A DNA stretch of 32,000 nucleotides from Candidatus Arthromitus sp. SFB-rat-Yit. GTDB taxonomy: Bacteria > Bacillota > Clostridia > Clostridiales > Clostridiaceae. This document shows, piece by piece, positions 1 to 8,840 of this stretch (positions are counted from its first letter, which is position 1; the number at the start of each line of letters is the position of its first letter). A model generated the notes under the pieces. That model saw only the letters and a program-made list of their open reading frames with translations, ran no database searches and was not told where the DNA came from. The stretch is taken from NCBI RefSeq assembly GCF_000283555.1, contig NC_016012.1, forward strand, positions 60,001-92,000, in the 5' to 3' direction. The translations under genes and the position numbers were made by a program.

Positions 1-406
1 ACCAAGTTTTTTAAGATTTAATATTATATCTGCATTTTTTGTTACCTCATTAGTGTTTTCTTTAATGTGTATATCTGGATCTATTGTAATAAAAGCTATT
101 TTATTTTTTTTAGCATATGAATTGAGATAAGAAGTAAATTCATCTAAAATTGAAAAGTTTGTATAATCACATATAAAACCACGAGGTATATATGCAATAT
201 TTTTATTTAATATTGGTAATTTTCTTATAAGCATAATACATGATAAAACAATATTATTTTTATTATCTAATCCTATTATTGATTTACTTGTCCACTCTTT
301 TTTAAAACTTCCCCAATATGTAGTTTGAAAAATATGCCCTTTAGGAGAATTAAATGAAAATTTATTTAATTCTTCAGAGCTACCTTCTTTAAAGCTATAA
401 GTCATT
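1..406 (-). CDS. FemAB/FemX-like peptidoglycan bridge (lipid II amino acid) transferase, N-terminal part; continues beyond the window start
   Basis: Minus-strand frame open from ATG at 406 to the window edge: MTYSFKEGSSEELNKFSFNSPKGHIFQTTYWGSFKKEWTSKSIIGLDNKNNIVLSCIMLIRKLPILNKNIAYIPRGFICDYTN..., resembling the FemAB N-terminus (HIFQTTYWGxxK, YIPRGF). Shine-Dalgarno GGAAGGAG upstream. Missing from the ORF track because it is truncated. Confidence 0.8.
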
Positions 407-521
407 TAAGAACTCCTTCCAACTATACTCAGTTAATAGTATATAGTAAAAAAAAAACATTTTCAATAAAAGGGAATTATAATATAATCTTTATGAATTA
501 ATTTATATGAGAGGATTTTAT

Positions 522-1352
522 ATGGGTTTATATATAATAGGAACTCCAATAGGAAATATGAAAGATATTACTTATAGAGCTATAGAGATACTTAATGAAT
601 GTGATGTTATATTATGTGAAGATACAAGGTGTTCTCTTAAACTTTTAAATTATTATGGTATAAAGAAAAAGTTAATATCTTATCATAAGTTTAATGAATT
701 TAAAATTTTAGATAGGATTATATTAGATATTAAATGTGGTAATAAATATGGAATTATAAGTGATGCGGGTATGCCTTGCATAAGTGATCCAGGTCAAATT
801 CTCGTTAATAAATGTATAGAAGAAGGAATACATGTAGATGTTATACCGGGAGCTTGTGCGGTTATAAATGGGAAAATATTAAGTGGATTTTATAATGAGA
901 TGTTTACGTTTATAGGTTTTCTTCCAAAGGAATCTAAAAAGTTAAGAGATAAAATAAACTTAATTAAAAATATTAAAACAGTTCTTGTAATCTATGAATC
1001 GCCACATAGACTTATAAAGACTTTGAATATACTTGGAGATGAGTTTGGTAGGGAAACTTCTATATATATAGGAAGAGAATTGACAAAGATGTTTGAAGAG
1101 AATTTTAGAGGTACAATTGATGATTCAATAAAATATTTTTCAAATGACAAAATTAGGGGGGAATATGTAATTTGTATAGAAAATAATGAAAAGATTGAAG
1201 TCATAGAAGATATTCAAATAATAGAAGAGTTTATAAAAAATAGGAATCTAGGGATAACAAATAAAGATAATATAAATAAGATATGTAATGAATATGGTAT
1301 AAAGAAAAATTATGTATATAAATTGGTTACAAAAGAAATCAACCTCACATAA
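522..1352 (+). CDS. rsmI: 16S rRNA (cytidine-1402-2'-O)-methyltransferase RsmI
   Basis: Translated MGLYIIGTPIGNMKDITYRAIEILNECDVILCEDTR...; the GTPIGN..DI..RA and EDTR motifs are typical of RsmI. The ORF track starts at 507, but ATG 522 is preceded by AGAGG at good spacing. Confidence 0.95.
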   Translation: MGLYIIGTPIGNMKDITYRAIEILNECDVILCEDTRCSLKLLNYYGIKKKLISYHKFNEFKILDRIILDIKCGNKYGIISDAGMPCISDPGQILVNKCIEEGIHVDVIPGACAVINGKILSGFYNEMFTFIGFLPKESKKLRDKINLIKNIKTVLVIYESPHRLIKTLNILGDEFGRETSIYIGRELTKMFEENFRGTIDDSIKYFSNDKIRGEYVICIENNEKIEVIEDIQIIEEFIKNRNLGITNKDNINKICNEYGIKKNYVYKLVTKEINLT

Positions 1353-1369
1353 ATTTTAAAGTGAGGTTG
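1340..1369. terminator. 9-bp perfect inverted repeat (CAACCTCAC...GTGAGGTTG) between convergent rsmI and abrB
   Basis: Arms 1340-1348 and 1361-1369, overlapping the rsmI stop. The T-tract is weak on either strand. Confidence 0.45.
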
Positions 1370-1373
1370 TGTA

Positions 1374-1616
1374 TCATACATTATTTATTTCTAATAAACA
1401 ATTATTACATATATTTTTGTCCTTAAACGTAGTTATGTCTTTAGAGTTACCACAAAATACACACGCTGGTTCATATTTTTTAAGAATTATGTGATTTCTA
1501 TCTACATATATTTCCAGTGAATCCTTCTCACCTATATCAAGTGTTCTTCTAAGTTCTATTGGAATAACAATACGTCCTAGTTCATCTACTTTTCTAACAA
1601 CACCAGTTGATTTCAT
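1374..1616 (-). CDS. abrB: AbrB/SpoVT-family transition-state regulator with C-terminal CxxC...CxxC segment
   Basis: MKSTGVVRKVDELGRIVIPIELRRTLDIGEKDSLEIYVD is a classic SpoVT-AbrB swapped-hairpin domain; C-terminus CVFCGNSKDITTFKDKNICNNC. GGGAGGAT RBS upstream. Confidence 0.93.
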   Translation of the reverse strand: MKSTGVVRKVDELGRIVIPIELRRTLDIGEKDSLEIYVDRNHIILKKYEPACVFCGNSKDITTFKDKNICNNCLLEINNV

Positions 1617-1664
1617 GTAAATCCTCCCAAACTAAATAATTTTTACCTATCAACTATAAACATA

Positions 1665-1692
1665 AATATACATTTTTTTAAAATAATTGTCA
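1665..1692 (-). promoter_or_regulatory. Putative housekeeping promoter of the abrB-like gene
   Basis: Minus-strand TTGACA (1692-1687), 16-nt spacer, TATATT (1670-1665), about 50 nt upstream of the abrB start. Confidence 0.6.
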
Positions 1693-1717
1693 ACATTTTA
1701 CAATACAAAAAATGACA

Positions 1718-1750
1718 AAAAAAGACTATATCTTAAAGATATAGTCTTTT
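1718..1750 (-). terminator. Rho-independent terminator after the HesB-like selenoprotein gene
   Basis: Minus strand reads TAA-AAAGACTATATCTT(T)AAGATATAGTCTTTTTTTGTC: a 16-nt perfect arm pair (1718-1733 / 1735-1750) followed by a T-tract. The hairpin begins at the stop codon of the UGA-containing ORF. Confidence 0.85.
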
Positions 1751-2040
1751 TAACATGATGAATGTTTAGATTTAACCTTAAAAGTTGTTCCTATAAAATT
1801 TTTGGAATGAGATATTGTAGATTCATCTAAAAATTCTTCAAATTCATTATCAACAACTATAGTTAAATCATTTACATTAACGATAATATCATTAGCATTT
1901 ATTTGTTCATCCAGAACAATTGAAAAAGAAGGGCCTCCTCAGCCAAAGCCAGCCATATTAATCCGTATATATTTTTTAGATTTTTTTGATAATTGTGCTT
2001 TTAATAACTCACAAGTATCGTTAGAAATATTTATTTTCAT
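1750..2040 (-). CDS. HesB-like (IscA/HesB-fold) selenoprotein, in-frame UGA at codon 34 read as selenocysteine
   Basis: MKINISNDTCELLKAQLSKKSKKYIRINMAGFG-U-GGPSFSIVLDEQINANDIIVNVNDLTIVVDNEFEEFLDESTISHSKNFIGTTFKVKSKHSSC*. UGA (1941-1939) sits where HesB-like homologs carry Cys (GFGCGGPxF). Strong SD (GGGAGGTG), start overlaps the upstream stop as ATGA, terminator at the stop, hairpin downstream of the UGA. Missed by the ORF track because of the UGA. Confidence 0.87.
1903..1941 (-). promoter_or_regulatory. Putative bacterial SECIS element
   Basis: Minus strand: UGA - 25 nt - UGGAU loop; the last 6 nt before the loop, UUGUUC (1919-1914), pair perfectly with GAACAA (1908-1903). The apical loop UGGAU (1913-1909) has G at position 2. 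This fits the general bSECIS layout (short stem-loop with early-G loop, about 16-37 nt after UGA). Confidence 0.75.
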
Positions 2041-2801
2041 TGCAATTCACCTCCCTTCATTTTAGTATTTATAATTTGAAGATATTCATTTATGCTGATA
2101 TTAATTATAGGATAATTAGAATAATTAGCATCATCAAAATGCCACCATTCAGTATATATTGGTTTAAAACCATGTTTTATCATTATGTTTTTTAGGAGTT
2201 CTGCATTCTTTATTTGTATTTCAGATGCACCTATGTAACTCCTGTGAGCTCTATCTGAAAATTCGTCAAAACCAGTAGGCATATTTATTTCTATATCGTT
2301 TAAATCAGTCAGTGTAATATCAACAGCACATGCTCTATTATGATTAGATCCACCAGTATAGGGATTAGCTATATAGTTACTATTTGGAACTATATCCCAT
2401 AATATTTTTTGTATATAAAAGGGTCTATATGCATCCCATATTTTTATTTTGTATCCAAGTGATTTGAATTCCTCTTGAGCATTTAATAATTTTTTAAGAG
2501 TATTTTCTTGTAGTATACATGCATCAGCATCATAAAGTACTGTATGTGTAAAATTATTTTTAGAGGCATATCTAATATCTAAACTCATGTCATGATGAAA
2601 TGAATTCAATAGCTTAAGACCATTTATAGATACATCAAAATTATATAAAGATTCTGTTGTATTTTTAAAATTATTAATTGTAATCTTTTTATCAATTTGC
2701 GTTAATGAATCATATGTGTAATAAAGTCCTCCTCCTATAAGGAGAATACTAAATGATAGTATAAGTATAGACATTTTACCAATAAAATTCAATATTATCA
2801 C
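2037..2801 (-). CDS. D-alanyl-D-alanine dipeptidase-like M15 metallopeptidase (VanX/DdpX type), N-terminal membrane anchor
   Basis: Translated KIWDAYRPF..., GGSNHNRACAVDITL, EWWHFDD are M15D zinc/catalytic motifs; hydrophobic N-terminus MIILNFIGKMSILILSFSILLIGGG. Confidence 0.87.
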   Translation of the reverse strand: MIILNFIGKMSILILSFSILLIGGGLYYTYDSLTQIDKKITINNFKNTTESLYNFDVSINGLKLLNSFHHDMSLDIRYASKNNFTHTVLYDADACILQENTLKKLLNAQEEFKSLGYKIKIWDAYRPFYIQKILWDIVPNSNYIANPYTGGSNHNRACAVDITLTDLNDIEINMPTGFDEFSDRAHRSYIGASEIQIKNAELLKNIMIKHGFKPIYTEWWHFDDANYSNYPIINISINEYLQIINTKMKGGELQ

Positions 2802-2850
2802 CTACACATATTTTGCATAAAAAAAATAAAACTATGTAAATTACATAGCT

Positions 2851-3852
2851 TTATTTTTGATCTAATACATCATTGTAAATGTAATTTTTAAATTTATTTA
2901 CAGTTGTTTCTTTATCGAAGGTTAGATACCAAATGCCGTCTATAATCCTACCCCCATCGTCATAATCTCCTTCAAATGGAATACGTGTTTGTTCTATTGT
3001 GTATTTGTTTAAAAGTAGATTAGCACCGAGTGAAAGTATTTTATTTAAAGATAAACTAGTTTCAATTGCATCTATATTCTTTTCTAATAACTTTGATAAT
3101 TTTAATGGTGAAATAGATTGAGCTTTTTCAATCATTGCTAGTATTACTTTTCTTTGTCTTTCTGTTCTCTCGAAATCTCCATCACCAACATCTCTTATAC
3201 GCGCATATGAAAGAGCTTGAATTCCAGAAACGGTTTGAACTCCAGACTCTTTTATTAAATGTTCTCCACTAATATTTAATAAACTTTGATTTTCCTGTAT
3301 ATATTTATTTAAATTATTTATTTCAGATTTTTTAATATCTAATTCAATTCCACCTAAATCATCTATAATAGTAGGTAAATTGAAAAAATCTACTGAAACA
3401 TAATCTTCTACATTCATGTTAAAGGTATTGTTAATTGTTTTTAGAGATAATGCAGGTCCTCCATAAAAATATGCATGGTTTAATTTATCTTTTCCAATGC
3501 CATCTATGGTTATATAAATATCCCTCATAACAGATGTAAGTTTAATTTTTTTTCTTGATGTATCAATTGTAACAAGCATTATTGCATCAGATCTTGGTAT
3601 TTCATTTTTATCCCTTCTATCTAATCCGAATACAGCAAAAGTTACGATTTTGTTATCTGAAAAATCTATATCTGTTGATGGATTGGATAATCCTATAGAA
3701 TTTCTATCTAGTTGATTTTCTGGAGCAATTTTCGATAAAAGTTTTAAGCTCTTGCCTGTAAAAAATCCACCTACAAATAAAACAAAAACAATAATTAAGT
3801 ATATTGATATACGGATCATCTTCTTAGTATCATTTGAAATATTATTAAACAT
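2851..3852 (-). CDS. LytR-CpsA-Psr (LCP) family cell wall glycopolymer transferase
   Basis: TM segment then FGLDRRD...PRSDAIMLVTIDTSRKKIKLTSVMRDIYITIDGIGKDKLNHAYFYGG...LSYARIR..GDFERTERQRKVI: LCP signature motifs. Confidence 0.93.
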   Translation of the reverse strand: MFNNISNDTKKMIRISIYLIIVFVLFVGGFFTGKSLKLLSKIAPENQLDRNSIGLSNPSTDIDFSDNKIVTFAVFGLDRRDKNEIPRSDAIMLVTIDTSRKKIKLTSVMRDIYITIDGIGKDKLNHAYFYGGPALSLKTINNTFNMNVEDYVSVDFFNLPTIIDDLGGIELDIKKSEINNLNKYIQENQSLLNISGEHLIKESGVQTVSGIQALSYARIRDVGDGDFERTERQRKVILAMIEKAQSISPLKLSKLLEKNIDAIETSLSLNKILSLGANLLLNKYTIEQTRIPFEGDYDDGGRIIDGIWYLTFDKETTVNKFKNYIYNDVLDQK

Positions 3853-3925
3853 TTGACTTACCTCTAATTAATCAATTAATTGTTAAAGTATATCACAAAT
3901 AGATTAAAAATAAAAATTATATACT

Positions 3926-4975
3926 TTATATACCAAGTATAAATTTTCTTAATATCTTTGACTTCCTAAAAATTAATTTACTTATAATAATAGGAGAGAA
4001 TCCAGCTAAGAATGATATTATAACTACAATATTATAATTTAAATTTAATAATTGAAGTAATAGTATTCTTACAAATATTTGAGCAAACCAAGATAACAAA
4101 TATATGTCGAAACTGTATTTATTTAGAGTATTAAATACATTTGATATTAGCTTAATATCTCTAAATTTAAAAAATAATATACATATTGTATAGGAAACAT
4201 ATATTCCTAATAAACTTTTTAAAATAAATAAAATATTTGTTAAATATTTAGAAAATATATTCAATGAATTAAAATCAATGTTAAAATTCATTAAGAATAT
4301 TATAAATGGTATCACTATAAATAGTTTATTTTTAAGTTTATTTATATTGATATTTAAAATTTTATCTCTGTAATTCATATACAAGGGGTGTATATATAAA
4401 CCTATAAAGAAAAATATAGCATATTTTAATAAAGTAGATATACCTAAAATTTCTATATTGTATATATTGAGTATTGATGTAAAAAGTAGCAACGATAGAA
4501 CTATGTATTTATTTATCTTTATTAATATTGGTGTAATTAAAAATATAAAAAATAGCACATATATAAACCAAAAAAATATTATAGGGTTGTTCCAAGGTAA
4601 AAATAATATATCTTTTATGATTTCTGATAATACTATAGGTCTTTCTGAAAATTTATTTAAAATAAGTTTTATGGGTATGGTTAAAGTGCTTATTATAAAG
4701 TATGGTATCATTAATCTCTTAAATTTAGAAAAGATAAATTCTTTATAACTTTTTAATGAATTTATTTTAAAGGCTTTATTTGCAAAAAAACCAGATATTA
4801 TAAAAAAAAGTGGCATATGGAATGAATAAATAAGAGAATGAATGTAATTATATACTGGAATATTTATATCTTTGATGTATGGAAACGAATGACCTAGCAC
4901 AACTAAAGTTATACCAATAGCTCTTAGATAATTGAATTCAGTTAGATTTTTATTTGATTGTTTTTCTGATATCAT
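3926..4975 (-). CDS. Membrane acyltransferase family 3 (O-acetyltransferase-like)
   Basis: NYLRAIGITLVVLGHSFPY..., SFHMPLFFIISGFFA, KRLMIPYF...: typical acyltransferase-3 motifs, multi-TM. Confidence 0.9.
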   Translation of the reverse strand: MISEKQSNKNLTEFNYLRAIGITLVVLGHSFPYIKDINIPVYNYIHSLIYSFHMPLFFIISGFFANKAFKINSLKSYKEFIFSKFKRLMIPYFIISTLTIPIKLILNKFSERPIVLSEIIKDILFLPWNNPIIFFWFIYVLFFIFLITPILIKINKYIVLSLLLFTSILNIYNIEILGISTLLKYAIFFFIGLYIHPLYMNYRDKILNININKLKNKLFIVIPFIIFLMNFNIDFNSLNIFSKYLTNILFILKSLLGIYVSYTICILFFKFRDIKLISNVFNTLNKYSFDIYLLSWFAQIFVRILLLQLLNLNYNIVVIISFLAGFSPIIISKLIFRKSKILRKFILGI

Positions 4976-5145
4976 TAAAATGTCTCCTTTAAATTAATCA
5001 CTTTAAACATAATGTTTATTTTAAACTAATTGGTTTATTTTTTGCATAAAATCATAAAAAATATTAGTATTTTTATGAAATTTAATTTATTTTTTATTAT
5101 AATAGAGAATACTAGGATTAAATGGAAAAAAATAGGAGTGAATTT

Positions 5146-6261
5146 ATGAATATTGCTTTAGTGCATGACTGGTTACCATTTATGGGAGGAGCTGAAAGAG
5201 TTATTACTAATTTTTTAGAATTATTCAAAAATGCTCCGATATATACAAGTGTTTATAATAAGGATAGGTTAGAGGGTATACTTAAGGATGCGAATATATA
5301 TGGCTCCTTTCTGCAAAAATTCAGATCTGCACGTAAGGATCATAGAAAGTTTTTGCCATTAATGCCAACAGCGTTTGAAACATTTGATTTGAATAAATAT
5401 GATGTCGTATTAAGTAGTAGCTCATCTTGTGCTAAAGGTATTGTAACAAATCCAAATACTTGCCATATTTGTTATTGTCATTCGCCTATGAGGTATGGAT
5501 GGGAATTTTATTATGAATACATAGAAAATTCAGGTAAATTTAAAAGGTTCATTACAAAATATATAATGAACTATATGAGGATTTGGGATAATGTTTCGTC
5601 AGATAGGGTAGATTACTTTATTGCTAATTCTAAAAATGTAGCTAATAGAATTTGGAAACATTATAGACGAGATAGCGTTGTTATACATCCACCTGTAAGA
5701 AGTAGATTTTTTGAGGTGTGTGATAAAAAACAAGATTATTTTTTGATTGTATCAAGACTTCAAGAATATAAGAAGGTAGATTTAGCTATTGAAGTTTTTA
5801 ATGAGCTTAATATGCCGTTAATAATTATAGGTGAGGGTCCGTTGAAAGAAAAATTAGTTAAGAAAGTTAAACATGATAATATAAAATTTCTAGGAAGGCA
5901 ATCGGATGATGTTGTTAAAAAATATTATAGAGAGGCTAGAGCGTTTTTATTTCCAGGAGAAGAAGATTTTGGGATAACATCATTAGAGGCACAATGTAGT
6001 GGAACCCCAGTTATAGCATATGGAAAAGGAGGAGCTTTGGAAACTGTTGTTCATGAAAAAACAGGTTTGTTTTTTTATGATCAAACAATAAGTTCTCTAA
6101 AATCAGCTATAAATGAATTTTGTAAGATGGAATTTAATTCTGAAGAAATAAGGGTTCATGCCGAAAAATTTGATGAAGAAATTTTTAAGTTCAAGATAAG
6201 CAATTTTGTATATGATAAAGTAGAAGAATTTAAGAATAACAAAAAATGGATAGTTTTGTAA
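5146..6261 (+). CDS. GT4-family glycosyltransferase
   Basis: MNIALVHDWLPFMGGAERVI..., FLFPGEEDFGITSLEAQCSGTPVIAYGKGGALETV: GT4 E(x7)E-type motif. AGGAGTG RBS before ATG 5146; the ORF track starts at 5122. Confidence 0.93.
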   Translation: MNIALVHDWLPFMGGAERVITNFLELFKNAPIYTSVYNKDRLEGILKDANIYGSFLQKFRSARKDHRKFLPLMPTAFETFDLNKYDVVLSSSSSCAKGIVTNPNTCHICYCHSPMRYGWEFYYEYIENSGKFKRFITKYIMNYMRIWDNVSSDRVDYFIANSKNVANRIWKHYRRDSVVIHPPVRSRFFEVCDKKQDYFLIVSRLQEYKKVDLAIEVFNELNMPLIIIGEGPLKEKLVKKVKHDNIKFLGRQSDDVVKKYYREARAFLFPGEEDFGITSLEAQCSGTPVIAYGKGGALETVVHEKTGLFFYDQTISSLKSAINEFCKMEFNSEEIRVHAEKFDEEIFKFKISNFVYDKVEEFKNNKKWIVL

Positions 6262-6289
6262 AAATATACATTAAATTGGGAGAAGACAT

Positions 6290-7399
6290 ATGATTTTATT
6301 TAATGCACTTCAAAAATCTATTAGTGCAGGTATTGGTAGATATAGCTTTGAATTATCTAAAGAGTTATATTTACAATTAAAAGATGACATTAAGATTATA
6401 GTACGAGAAGAGGATGTTAAAGATTATAGATTCGTTGACTCAAAATCCCTAATAATTTTCAGAAATATAAAAAACTCTAAAGATCGCAATTTATTTGAAC
6501 AGATATATATACCGAAGCTTGTTTCTGAAAAATATAAAGGTAGTATAATACATTATCCAGACAGTATAGCTCCTTTATTTTTAAACAGTAGTAAAATAGT
6601 AATAACAGTACATGATTTAGCTTTTAAAATATTAACTGGTGTTTTTACTAATAAAACCTTGATTTGGAAAAATATTATGACCAATTTTTCAGTCAAAAAA
6701 GCTAATCGAATAATATCGATAACAAATTTTACAAAAAAAGAGTTGATTAAACATTACAGTGGTATAGATAAAAAAATAGATCTCGTTTACAATGGGTTTA
6801 ATAGTTTGAGTAATAGTAATATATGCGATAAAAATATTTCTGATAAAATATTGAATTTAGGTACACAAAAATACATATTAACTGTCAGCACAATTTCCCC
6901 TCGAAAGAATATAGATACACTTATAAAAGCTTTTAATAAAATGGATGATATACAAAATATTAAATTAGTTATTGCTGGAGTTAATGGGTGGATGTATGAA
7001 TATGTTCACAAATTAGTTTTAGAGTTAAATATTTCTGACAGAGTTATTTTTACGGGAAGAGTAAATGATGATGAGCTGAAATTTTTGTATAAAAATGCTA
7101 GTGTGTTTGTTTATCCATCTATTTATGAAGGATTTGGATTACCACCCCTTGAAGCTATGAGTTATGGGATTAGAACTATTGTTTCGGATGTAGAATGTCT
7201 TAGAGAGGTTTTAGGTGAATCGGTAGATTACTTTCCTTCAAAAGATTACATATATCTTTCCAAAATGTTAAATGAAATTTTAAAATTAAAGGATCAAAAT
7301 AAATCTTATGATTATAGTTGTACGTTAAATAAATATTCATGGAGAAAATGTGCAAGTGATACAATTAAGGTGTATAATGAGGTTATGAAAGGGGTTTAA
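6290..7399 (+). CDS. GT4-family glycosyltransferase (mannosyltransferase-like)
   Basis: GIGRYSFELSKEL..., SIYEGFGLPPLEAMSYG. Confidence 0.92.
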   Translation: MILFNALQKSISAGIGRYSFELSKELYLQLKDDIKIIVREEDVKDYRFVDSKSLIIFRNIKNSKDRNLFEQIYIPKLVSEKYKGSIIHYPDSIAPLFLNSSKIVITVHDLAFKILTGVFTNKTLIWKNIMTNFSVKKANRIISITNFTKKELIKHYSGIDKKIDLVYNGFNSLSNSNICDKNISDKILNLGTQKYILTVSTISPRKNIDTLIKAFNKMDDIQNIKLVIAGVNGWMYEYVHKLVLELNISDRVIFTGRVNDDELKFLYKNASVFVYPSIYEGFGLPPLEAMSYGIRTIVSDVECLREVLGESVDYFPSKDYIYLSKMLNEILKLKDQNKSYDYSCTLNKYSWRKCASDTIKVYNEVMKGV

Positions 7400-7400
7400 G

Positions 7401-8798
7401 ATGTATTTTACGCTTATAGGAATAGTTGTTTTAATTATTACAGTATATTTGTTTTTATTTACAAGAACTAGAACGCTTTTCTATTTTACTTTTTTTATGT
7501 CAGCTTTTACAGCAACTAGCATGATAAATTTGACTAATTCAAGAAATTCTATACTTTGTTATTATATAGTTGGAAGTTTTTTTATTGTAAAGGTTATATA
7601 TGAATTAATTATAAAGAGGTATACCTTAAAGAAGGTAAAGATATTAAATGGGTTATTTTATTTTATGGTATACGTTACTATATCGCTTGTATTACCAATT
7701 GTTTATTCAAAAAATACATTGGTATTTACACCTGATTCCCCATTTACATATATTTCATTTTCGATTCAAAATGTAACACAATATTTATATTTATTATTTG
7801 CATTTATTATATATATAGCAAGTTATATAGTGTTTACAAATGAAATTAAAGTTAATATGAAAAAAATAATTGATGTAACAGCTTTTACAATAATTATTTT
7901 AGGATTTTTACAATTTTTTACATATCATATATATTTTGATTTTTTATTTAGGACAAATTACGCTCATTTAGTACAGTATTTAGAAACTGGACTTACTCGT
8001 ATCTCTTCTGTTACGAATGAGCCGTCTATGTTAGCGCTTTTCATAACTCCTATATGCGTTTATTATTTTGTAAATATAATAAATGGATTAAGAAAAAGGA
8101 AGTTATATAAATTTGATATAGCTATGTTTTTGATGATTATAATTACATCTTTATTAAATAGATCATCAAGTTTTTATTTAGCAATAGCTATAATATTTAT
8201 TGTATTGATTATTGATTTATTGAAAGAGATTTTTAACAAGAAAAATAAAGAGTTCATACAGGAGGTATTAACTCTTAAAGTTTATAAATATGTAAAGAAT
8301 AATAAGTTTAAAAGTATAATTTTAATTATTATTCTAATAGCTTTGTTATTTGTTTTGTTTAAGATAGTTGGGTATAGGTTTTTGATTTTAGCTCTTAAGT
8401 TATTGGGACTTGATGATTCGGGTAGTACAAGAATGGAATTATTTTCATATCATATGGGAATATTCTTGAAAAATTTATTTACAGGTGTTGGTTTCGGAAC
8501 GTTACGTTCAAATGATTTATTATCTATGTGGTGTGCCCAAGTTGGCTTAATAGGTATGATTCCTATTATATATTATTTCACTTCAAGATTTATATATTTG
8601 TTTAGGAATAGAAATGAAGAAAATAATAGAAGTGTTTTTTATTTAATATTAACCAGTATAATAATTCTTGTAACATCTGTACCTGAGCCGTATTTTATTT
8701 ATGTGTGGATATATATGGCATTGGGAGATAGTTTATATAACAAGAGAGATATTTCTAATAAAACTATAGACAAATTAAATCAGGAATTTAATAGTTAA
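7401..8798 (+). CDS. Wzy/O-antigen-ligase-like polysaccharide polymerase
   Basis: 465-aa multi-TM protein with TGVGFGTLRSNDLLSMWCAQVGLIGMIPII, resembling Wzy_C loop motifs; located between glycosyltransferase genes. Confidence 0.75.
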   Translation: MYFTLIGIVVLIITVYLFLFTRTRTLFYFTFFMSAFTATSMINLTNSRNSILCYYIVGSFFIVKVIYELIIKRYTLKKVKILNGLFYFMVYVTISLVLPIVYSKNTLVFTPDSPFTYISFSIQNVTQYLYLLFAFIIYIASYIVFTNEIKVNMKKIIDVTAFTIIILGFLQFFTYHIYFDFLFRTNYAHLVQYLETGLTRISSVTNEPSMLALFITPICVYYFVNIINGLRKRKLYKFDIAMFLMIIITSLLNRSSSFYLAIAIIFIVLIIDLLKEIFNKKNKEFIQEVLTLKVYKYVKNNKFKSIILIIILIALLFVLFKIVGYRFLILALKLLGLDDSGSTRMELFSYHMGIFLKNLFTGVGFGTLRSNDLLSMWCAQVGLIGMIPIIYYFTSRFIYLFRNRNEENNRSVFYLILTSIIILVTSVPEPYFIYVWIYMALGDSLYNKRDISNKTIDKLNQEFNS

Positions 8799-8835
8799 AA
8801 AAATAGAAATGAGTTGAACTCATTTCTATTTTTTT
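8797..8835. terminator. Bidirectional rho-independent terminator between convergent genes
   Basis: AAAAAAATAGAAATGAGTT-G-AACTCATTTCTATTTTTTT; perfect arms 8797-8815 / 8817-8835. Confidence 0.85.
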
Positions 8836-8840
8836 ATGCT

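Noticed and set aside
992-1204. Minus-strand 70-aa ORF inside rsmI
   Set aside because: Antisense shadow of a well-supported gene; no RBS or recognisable motif.
1750-2040. Possibility that the HesB-like frame is a decayed pseudogene
   Set aside because: Only one stop, exactly at the catalytic/ligand Cys position; intact 5' and 3' halves; strong RBS, translational coupling and terminator; SECIS-like hairpin. Kept as a selenoprotein call, pending a check for Sec machinery.
1750-2040. Possibility that UGA codes for Trp (genetic code 4) in this organism
   Set aside because: UGA terminates other clear genes (e.g. the dipeptidase-like gene at 2039-2037 and ctpA at 29688-29690), and TGG is used for Trp throughout.
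4458-4748. Plus-strand 96-aa ORF antisense to the acyltransferase
   Set aside because: Complement of hydrophobic coding sequence; no independent evidence.
5048-5080. A/T-only near-palindrome (TCATAAAAAATATTAGTATTTTTATGA) between divergent acyltransferase and GT4 genes
   Set aside because: Could be an operator, but with this base composition such a pattern is expected by chance, and no second copy was found.
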